Shown: positions 23,401 through 30,607 of the stretch, one piece after another | Layout: every line of letters begins with the position of its first letter | Numbering within the stretch: position 1 is the stretch's first letter | NCBI GenBank assembly: GCA_004431415.1 | Contig: QPMI01000347.1 | Coordinates: 1 to 30,607, forward strand | Length of the DNA: 30,607 nt | Origin: Cyanophora paradoxa CCMP329 | Taxonomy: Eukaryota; Plantae; Glaucophyta | Reading direction: 5' to 3' | The notes under the pieces: model-generated | Databases searched by the model: none | What the model was told of the DNA's origin: nothing | Seen by the model: only the letters and a program-made list of their open reading frames with translations | Position numbers and translations under genes: made by a program

Positions 23401-23703
23401 CTAAGTGATCTTCCTCGCTGTTGTGGTCTGCAGACAGCGCGCCAAAGATGAGCGCCTCGGACGGTTCTTTTCGCGCTCCGGGAACGATGCGAGCACTGTT
23501 GCGCGGATGCTTCTGCGCCGTTTATGGCTTAAACTCAGCTCCTCTAGATATCTTGATGAGGAAGCGCACTGTGGCACGCTGAAAAGGCTCTTTGCGAATG
23601 CGTACAGCCTGCTTACGCTTGCGGCAGCTTGAAAGGCTTGCTCAAGGTTTGAAGCAGTAGACGCACGAGAGACGTTCAAATTTGCATAGTAGTGCACGTG
23701 AGT
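23401..23703 (-). pseudogene. Possible degenerate J-domain (DnaJ-like) fragment
   Basis: HYYANLNVSRASTASNLEQAFQAAA aligns by eye without gaps to J-domain helices I-II (DYYEILGVSKTA...IRKAYKRLA). LEELSLSHKR resembles YEVLSDPEKR. No HPD motif, no ATG. Confidence 0.3.
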
Positions 23704-24343
23704 CTAATGCTACGCGCTCGAGCTCGTCGCCCACCGTTCACTCGACGTCGTCGATCGGCCAACGTTAACGACGGCCATCCGGGCCGTATCACCGCATCGC
23801 GATCGCGCGGCTCTTTAGGGAAAAGGCATGATCATGAGGCGCCCTTTTGTAAGAAGCAGTTTTTCCGGGTTGCGAATTGGCCGGGGGAAGGAACGGCGGC
23901 TACAGGATTGTCGATTATCGGCGCTGCCGTCGCGCCGCGTCGGTACCCCGGTGTTGTTTCTGGCTGAGCCCGGCGGCGATTGGCCACTTTCTCCCACGAA
24001 ACTTCATGTCTGACCCATTCATGACGGACGTAATGCCGTCATGTCGTCGATATCGGTGAGATTCGGACCGGCGATCGCTTGCACAGGAGCTTCTTCAAGT
24101 TCGTCGCACCAGCCAACGCCAACGCCTGCAGTGCGTGCCCGCCTCCCGTAGCGCTGCGAGCTTGCTCGCATAGAGATTCCCTATTCAATTGGATCGCTAG
24201 ATCTGCCCCGCGCATAGTGTCGTCGACGTCGACGTCATTTAATGTTTTTCTCTCGGAGTCTTTAAATTTTTGGCCTGTTGAGTGGAGAGGGAGGGTACAG
24301 TCGATGTGCAGCAGGAGGAGCCTTGCACTTCAAGGCTTGTTCC

Positions 24344-24756
24344 CAGGGCTGTCAGCCGGAATATTCCAGCCTGGAACGTTCCCGGAATATTAGAAAAATT
24401 TGGGAAAATTTTCGCGTCCCGTTTGCAGGGGGAAAATTTTAGGAAATTGAATATAATTTAATGATTATTGTATTCATTTTCATCCCTTTTCTGCGCCCCC
24501 TCCCCCCCCCTTCTGACCCCACCACGGGCCTTGCATTTCCGTCTCCAAGCTCCAGAAGGCTGTATACTGTCTCTCAGAATGCTTATTGTGATGTTATCTT
24601 AGTGCTTCGCAACTTTGAACGTGTGTCTTCGGTGCGCAACGCACGGTATTGAGAATTTTCCAGGATTTTGTATGGTGGAATATTCCGGGAACGTTCCCGG
24701 AATATTCCTCAAACTTTTCTGGTCCATTTTGGGGGGGTAAAATTTTGACAGCCCTG
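24344..24756. mobile_element. Non-autonomous hAT-like DNA transposon (MITE), 413 bp
   Basis: Perfect 11-bp TIRs CAGGGCTGTCA (24344-24354) / TGACAGCCCTG (24746-24756). Identical 8-bp TSD CTTGTTCC at 24336-24343 and 24757-24764. AT-rich non-coding interior with subterminal palindromes. Confidence 0.92.
24677..24708. repeat. Perfect 32-bp nested palindrome inside the MITE
   Basis: GGAATATTCCGGGAACGTTCCCGGAATATTCC equals its own reverse complement. A degenerate copy lies at 24358-24391. Confidence 0.95.
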
Positions 24757-25089
24757 CTTGTTCCGAACCCCTAGGCCGGCCTTCCGGCCCAAGTTCCGGG
24801 CCTTGTCGACGCCCGAGCAGTGACTCCAGTGAGCACCGCACCTCGGACCGGAAGCGCCTTAGCAGCTGCATGCGCATATGCGTTACAGCTGCAGCATCCA
24901 GGCCAGCTGCATCGCGTGCAATTCCGAAGTTTAAGCCGGCTTTCCCAGTTCTGCAACTTGCACCTCTGCATGGAGCAGAGCGCGGATTGCTGATCCGAAT
25001 GATGAGCGACCGGGGCTCGCGTCGCACCTAGCGAGCGACTGCCGCGGCCGCCACGGTGGTGTTTGATCAGTTGATCGTCGCGCCAGCGC

Positions 25090-28000
25090 ATGGCAGGCGC
25101 GACTCCTCCGGCCGCTTCCGGCCGCGTGCGCAGGGGCTCTCGCGGCGAGCCCGCGACCGATGCCCCGGAGCCTGCACCTCCGTCGGCGCACTGGGGAGCC
25201 CCAGGCATGCAGATCAAGCGAGAGCGCGCCGGCAGCTCTGCCCCGCCGTTCCCCGTGGTGGTGGTGCACGGCAAGGTGAGCCGCGCGCGCGGCGGCGGCG
25301 GCCACGCGGGTGTGTCGGTTTAAGACGTGGCGCAGATCAAGAAGAACGAGGGGCCCAGTGAGGTGGAGCGCGCGCGGGAGTCCTCGATTGACTACTCGCT
25401 CATCAGCTTCAAGTGCGGGTCCCCAGCGCCCGCCCCCGGCCGGCGCCTCACCGGGGCGGCCGGTGCAGACAGTACAGGCTTGCCGGGGTGCCCGGGGACG
25501 AGGAGAGCGCCGCGCTGCTCGGCTGCCTCCTGCGCGTCCGCCTCCTCTTCGCCGGCGCGTCCCGCCCTCGCACCCCGCGCCGCCCCGCGCCGCTCCGCTG
25601 AGGGGCTCGGGGGCGCAGACACGGGCGAGGTGGCGGCGGCCGAGGGCGCCGGCGGCCGCTCGACCTTGGCGCTGGCGGCCTACCCGCCCGGCGCCAAGCG
25701 CTCGGGCGTCCCCTGCCCCGAGCTCTTCGTCCGCATGGGCGCCGCTGGCCTCACCGACGAGCGCTTCGGCTGCCGTGCGCCGGCCCCGCCCCGCCCCGCC
25801 CGCCCCCGGCCCCCGCGGACGCCGACGCGGAGGCGGGGCGCAGTGACGACCTCGTACCTGTGCAACAAGCGGCCGTTCCTGCTGGAGGTGACGGTGGCGG
25901 GGACGGGCCGGCCGGTGGCCTCGTTCCGGGTCGAGATCCTCTCCCACAAGACCTGGGCCGCCCTGCACCGCGACAAGCGGCCCCGGGCGGGGTACGCCCC
26001 CTCTGCCACCTCGGACGACTCCCCGGGGAGCAACGCCGAGCTCGACTCGCCGCCCCCCGGCCCCTCCACCTCCGCCCCCTCCCTTGCCCGCTCCCTCGCC
26101 CGCCCCGCCACCCCGCCCTCCCCCACCGACCGCAGCGGCGGCGACGCCCTCGCCGACGGTGCCGCCGCCCCGCCCCGCCGGCCTCCCGCGCTGATCGCTG
26201 CGCAGCCTTCTCCCAACTCTTCCCCTTCAAGGAGCCTCCCGACCCCCAGGAGGAAGACGACAGGCCGAGCAGGCGAGCGGCCTGTAGCCCCGCGCGCCGC
26301 CGCCCGCCGGCTGAGGCCTCCCCTCCCGGCGCAGCGCGCTGGGGGCGACGGTGTCGACGCTGCCGCCGGAGGGCTTGGAGGAGGGGGCGGGGCCGGCGGG
26401 CCTGGACCCCGGCGACAAGAAGGCCGCCGCCGACGCCTTCATACGGTGCCGCGCGGCCGCGCCTCACGCCCTGCCCGCCCCCTCCTTCCCGGGGCGCCGA
26501 CCCTCCCGCCCCCGCCCGCCCGCAGGGCCGTCGAGGAGGACCTCAGGAAAATCAATGTGGCGCGCCCCCCGCCCCGCCGCGCCGCGCCGCGCCGGGCCTC
26601 TTCGTGCGGCTGACGGGCCGGCGGGGGCGCAGGCGAGCGCGGCGCCGGAGCTCCCCGTGCCCTCCTCGGCGGCCCTCGCCGGGCTCTCCCCGTGGCAGCT
26701 CCCGCAGTCGGTGCGCCCGCCCGCCCCGCCCTGCCCCGCGCGCCGGGGTGTGCGGGGGCGGCGGCGAGGCGGCTGGCGCTCAGCCGCCGTACCGGCACGC
26801 GGGGGAGGCGGAGCGCGAGGCGGCGGTGGCGCTCGTCGCTGCGGCCGGCGCGGCCGTGCGGGCGGCCGCGGCGGCCGCCGGCGTGCGCCACCCCGTGCGC
26901 GCCGGCCAGAGCGTCCCGCCTCCGTCCGCCGCGCCTGCGAGGAGCTCGCCGCCGTGCGCCGCCCCCGCCCGCCCGCCGCGCGCCCCAGCCGCCGTTGCCT
27001 CGCGCTGAGGGGGCGGCCGCCGCATCAGATCCTCTCCAGCGCCACCGTCTTCGACACGCCCCTCTTCTCCACGCAGGAGGGTGCGCCGCCCGCGCCCCGC
27101 CCCGGGCCGGCCTCGCGGGGTGGGACGGGGCGGTGACGGGGGCGGGGCGGCAGGGCGGCACCGCCTGAGGCGCATCCTGGAGGACCTGCGCCTCTGCGGC
27201 TCCTCCTGGCTGGTGCGCCGGGCCCGGGCGCCGCGTTCGGGCCCCGCGCCGGCGCCGAGGGGCGGGCGCCCGCAGGTCGACTCGGTGCTGGGCGCCTGGC
27301 TCCGCTGCCTCACCAACGTGCCCCCGGCCTCGCCTTCGTGCTGTGCGCCCCCGCGGGGCGCCGGGCGCCTCGGGGGCCCCCGCTGAGGCGGGCGGCCTGC
27401 AGAGAGGACGCCCGGCTGATGGCGGAGCACATATGGCGCATGCTCGAGACGATCGCGGGCCACGTGCGCGCCTCCGGCCCCCGCCCGCCCGGCGCGGGCC
27501 GGCGGGGCGGGCTGGCTGAGGCCGGCGCAGGCGCAGGCGATTGCGGTGGATCTGCTGCCCATCTCGCGGGCGCAGCTCACCGGCCTCGTCGACTTCGCCG
27601 CCCGCCTCGCCCTCCCCACAAGGCCCGCCCGCCCCGCCGCCCCGCCCCGCTCCGCCGCCGAACCTGACGGGTCCGGGGCGGGCGGGCAGGACGCCGACCC
27701 CGTCTTCTTCGCGCGCTCCCTCATGAAGCGCGGCTGGGGCTGCATGGCCGTGCGCCCCGCCGCCCCCGCCCCCGGCCCGGCCCCGCCGCCTGCGCGGCCC
27801 GAGCGCCCACCGGGCGGCCCCGCGCAGGACGAGCAATACGAGGCGGCGATGGAGCTCTGTGCGCGCTCGCCCCTCCTGCCCCCGCCGCCGACGCCGGAGG
27901 CTCCTCACGCGCGCCCCGCCCCCCGCGCAGATTTCGAGGTCCGACGGGCCGCCCGGAACGGAGGGGGCCCGGGCGGGGGCGGGGGCCGGCCCCGTGGCGG

Positions 28001-29512
28001 CTGGGGCTGACGCGGGGGTCGGGGCGGGCGCAGGCGTGGAGCACGCTGATCCGGACGCAGAACACGCCGTCGCGCGCCGAGCTCGACCTCTTCATCCACA
28101 TGAACTACATCGTCCGTGCGCGCCGCCCCTCGCTCCCCGCCTCGCCCCGCCCTCCCCCTCTCGCTCCCGCCCGGCCTCAGGCGGGGCGCAGTGATGCTGC
28201 CGAACCGGAGGGACCTCGCCGCGCACCTCTGCTCCAAGGCGCCCCCGCCCCGCGCCCCGCCCCGCCCGGCCCCGCCGGGGCCGAGCGGGGCGGGCCCCCC
28301 GGCAGGTCTACTGGTTCGTGGACGACTACGACCCCTGGTACGAGGCCGCCGCCTTCCGCGCCCTCGGTCCGCGTACCCCCGCCCCGCCCCGCCCCCCGGT
28401 GCCGGCGGCCGATGCCGTGGGAGCAGGGCAGGAGGCGTTCTTCCGGCGGGACTGGAAGGTGGCGAGGCGGCACCTGCTGCGGGCCGTCGAGCTGCTGGAG
28501 CCGATGCCCGACGGCTACCGCGTCATCACCCAGAACCCCTACCTCCTCCTCGGCCAGTGCTGCTTCCACCGCGGTGCGGCCGCCCCGCGCCCCGCCGCCC
28601 GCCGCGCCGCGGCCTCACGCGGCCCCCGCCCGCAGCCGACTTCCGCGGCGTCCTCAACGTGCGCACACGCGCGCGCGGGGACGCGCGCCGGGCTTCCTGG
28701 GTGGGCCTCTGAGGGGGCGGGGCGGGGGGCCCGCAGTACGTGCGGCACACGAACGCGGTGGTCTCGGCGCTGCAGCGCCTCAGCTTCCACGAGCTCGACA
28801 TCGCCGCCCAGTTCCTCTCCCTCCTCGTCCGCCCCCGGGCCCCCCGCCGCCCCCGCTTCGGCTGCTGAGGGGGCCGGGGGCAGGGGCCCGTCTACGAGCC
28901 GCGGCTGGGGTCCTCGGGGCGGGCGGAGGCCCCCGACGGGAACTTCAACGCCTCCCCCATGTGCCCCCGCCCCGCCCCCGCCCCGCCCCGCCCGAGGGGC
29001 GCGCCTCGAGACGCTCCGGCGCGCGGCAGGCTGAAGACGCTGCGGTGGTTCGGGAGCATCGTGGAGCACATCCACCGCGGCTCCGAGATGCGCCACGTCC
29101 TCACCGGCCACATCGCCTACCACGTCCGCCCCGCCCCGCCCCGCCCCGCCCCGCCCCGCCCCGCCCTGGGCGGCCGGGCGCCGACGCCTCGGGCGTGGCA
29201 TGGCAGCTGGGGGCGGTGCACCTGGTGGCGGGGGAGTACGGGAAGGCGCTGGGGCACCTGGAGCGGGCGCTGGCGCTGACGCACGGGCGCTTCCCCGCCT
29301 ACTTCCCCGCGCACCTCGCCCGCGTCGCCAAGCTCCACGAGGCCGTCGACCACTGCCGCCGCGCCCTCGCCGCCGGCTCCCTCGGCCGGCCCGCCCCCTC
29401 GCCCCGCGTCCACCCCGAGGAGTCCCCGCGCCGCCCCGACAAGGCTTCGCCCGAGCCCAAGGAGGGCGCCTCGGGGCGCTGGGCGGCCAAGCGGGCCCTC
29501 GCCCAGACGTAG
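25090..29512 (+). CDS. Uncharacterised protein: N-terminal beta-rich (possible DNA-binding) domain, C-terminal TPR-like repeats
   Basis: More than 20 short introns of the local type join into ...LRVRLLFADTGEV...CLTTSYLCNKRPFLLEVTV...FRVEILSHK...DKRPR, then helical TPR-like units (AAFRALGQEAFFRRDWKVARRHLLRAVELL; PYLLLGQCCFHRADFRGVL; IAYH|LGAVHLVAGEYGKALGHLERALAL). Stop TAG at 29512. Start uncertain (25090 or ~25208). Apparent 1-nt deletions near 26915, 27321 and 27614. Confidence 0.7.
29128..29162 (+). repeat. (GCCCC)7 intronic pentamer array
   Basis: Immediately follows the donor at 29124. Similar arrays follow donors at 19488 (+) and 21877 (-). Confidence 0.9.
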
Positions 29513-30316
29513 CGCCGAGCCGGGGGCCCCGCAGATCGGCCCCGCCCCTTTCTTACTCGAGTCGTTCTAGAGGTAGCTGTAACGACACTAGTGTAGGCCA
29601 GGTAGCTCCTCGGAGTGCTGCAATGCCAGCGTAGTATGAGCGTACCCCTCTTGTCAGACTTGGCGATTTTGCTCCGAACACTCTCGCTAGTTATGCGTCC
29701 GCCGCCTCGTGCGTGTATTCGTGTATTTCCCGCCTCGTGCGCGAATGTGCTTGTTCTTTTGAATCCGGCAGATCGGCTTGTATATATATTGACTATACAA
29801 TACGTAAGGAATATGCCAGTAGCTTTGTATATCGTAGTTTTTCACGTATATATGCGTTGTCCTGTGTAGATAGTACGTTGTATACGTAAGAACTCTTTTC
29901 ATTGCGCATGCGAAAATAAAAATGCAATTGCAAGTGACTGAAATCGAAATTCATGCATATGCGACACGAAACAATGATTCCGGCCGCGGGATCCCGATCT
30001 AGATCTAGATCTCTCGTCGGCTAGTCGCGATCGCGCATGATGCAGTCATCTAGACTATAGTCAGTACGCGTCAATTAAATTCCGGATATCCGCGGCCGGA
30101 TCCGATCCCGCGGCCGCCGCCCCCGGCCGGCGCCACATGCACATGCGCAGGCATCGCTGCGCTAGCTATCGTACTGCAGCTGGAATCAACCTCGCGATAT
30201 AGATATCGATCTGCAGCTTGAATCAAACTCGGTGGTAGGTCACGGCATCAATCCATTCATCGCTACTGCACGCTGCCACGGCCGGCGGCCGGTTCGGGCC
30301 GGCGGGAGCCTCGGAG

Positions 30317-30589
30317 CTACGAGACGACGCAGGAACCCCGCTGCAGGCGCTGCCGCTTGCGCGGCCGCCCCCCCTCGCCCTCCCCCTCCTCCTCTTCGTC
30401 GTCCTCGTCGTCGTCCTCCTCGTCCTCCTCCTTGCCCTCCTCGTCCCCTTCCTCCTCCTCCTCCTCCTCCTCCGCCTCCTCCCGCTGCCCGCGCCTCTCG
30501 TCCCCCCCACGCCCCTCGCGGGCGGCCTGGATGGGCACCGACCGGCCCCCCCGCCGCGCGTACTGGACCCGCCCCGGCCGCGACGACGA
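30317..30589 (-). CDS. Terminal exon of a gene extending beyond the window; acidic tail, basic NLS-like motif, CaaX box
   Basis: Minus strand shows CTAAC branch point (30606-30602), ...GCGCAG| acceptor, then SSSRPGRVQYARR...EEAEEEEEEEEGDEEGKEEDEEDDDEDDEEEEGEGEGGRPRKRQRLQRGSCVVS-TAG. Confidence 0.65.
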   Translation of the reverse strand, partial: SSSRPGRVQYARRGGRSVPIQAAREGRGGDERRGQREEAEEEEEEEEGDEEGKEEDEEDDDEDDEEEEGEGEGGRPRKRQRLQRGSCVVS

Positions 30590-30607
30590 CTGCGCCGAAA
30601 GGTTAGG

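Noticed and set aside
24040-24335. Stop-free minus-strand stretch (…QKFKDSERKTLNDVDVDD…) next to the MITE
   Set aside because: No recognisable domain, atypical codon usage, and removing the MITE does not restore a long ORF.
27343-27404. Spliced in-frame TAG suggesting stop-codon reassignment
   Set aside because: Resolved by one missing C at ~27321 or by a donor at 27338. TAG and TGA serve as normal stops elsewhere in the window.
636-29512. Introner-type repeated intron elements
   Set aside because: Introns share composition and short motifs, but I saw no extended sequence identity, TIRs or TSDs between them.
1-30607. Prokaryotic features (operons, CRISPR arrays), tRNA or rRNA genes
   Set aside because: Spliceosomal gene structure throughout. 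No repeat-spacer array or tRNA/rRNA-like sequence recognised.

Overview
This is eukaryotic nuclear DNA from a very GC-rich, intron-dense protist or alga. The style is compatible with a glaucophyte such as Cyanophora, but that is only a guess. Most ORFs in the supplied track are artefacts of high GC, so I spliced the genes by hand. Five complete genes and one partial gene emerge: (1) a class I [4Fe-4S] fumarate hydratase (-, 636-3718, 22 coding introns); (2) a SNX1/Vps5-type PX-BAR sorting nexin (+, 4130-6756), head-to-head with it; (3) a ~12 kb TmcB/FXL-type polytopic membrane protein with a TPR-like region and five PAS domains, three of which keep the FixL heme-ligand His (+, 7897-19909, about 60-65 introns); (4) an RWP-RK transcription factor (-, 21439-23318); (5) an unknown protein with a possible beta-sandwich DNA-binding domain plus TPRs (+, ~25090-29512); (6) the last exon of an acidic protein ending in a CaaX box (-, 30317-30589). 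Two intact-looking mobile insertions sit between genes: a 495-bp poly(A) retroposon with a 20-bp target-site duplication, and a 413-bp hAT-like MITE (11-bp TIR, 8-bp TSD). The most unusual general feature is the splicing grammar. About a quarter of introns in the three genes counted are GC-AG, donors read G(T/C)(G/C)CGC, and many introns are C-rich at the 5' end and G-rich at the 3' end with no polypyrimidine tract. All gene models are manual and unverified by RNA or database searches.
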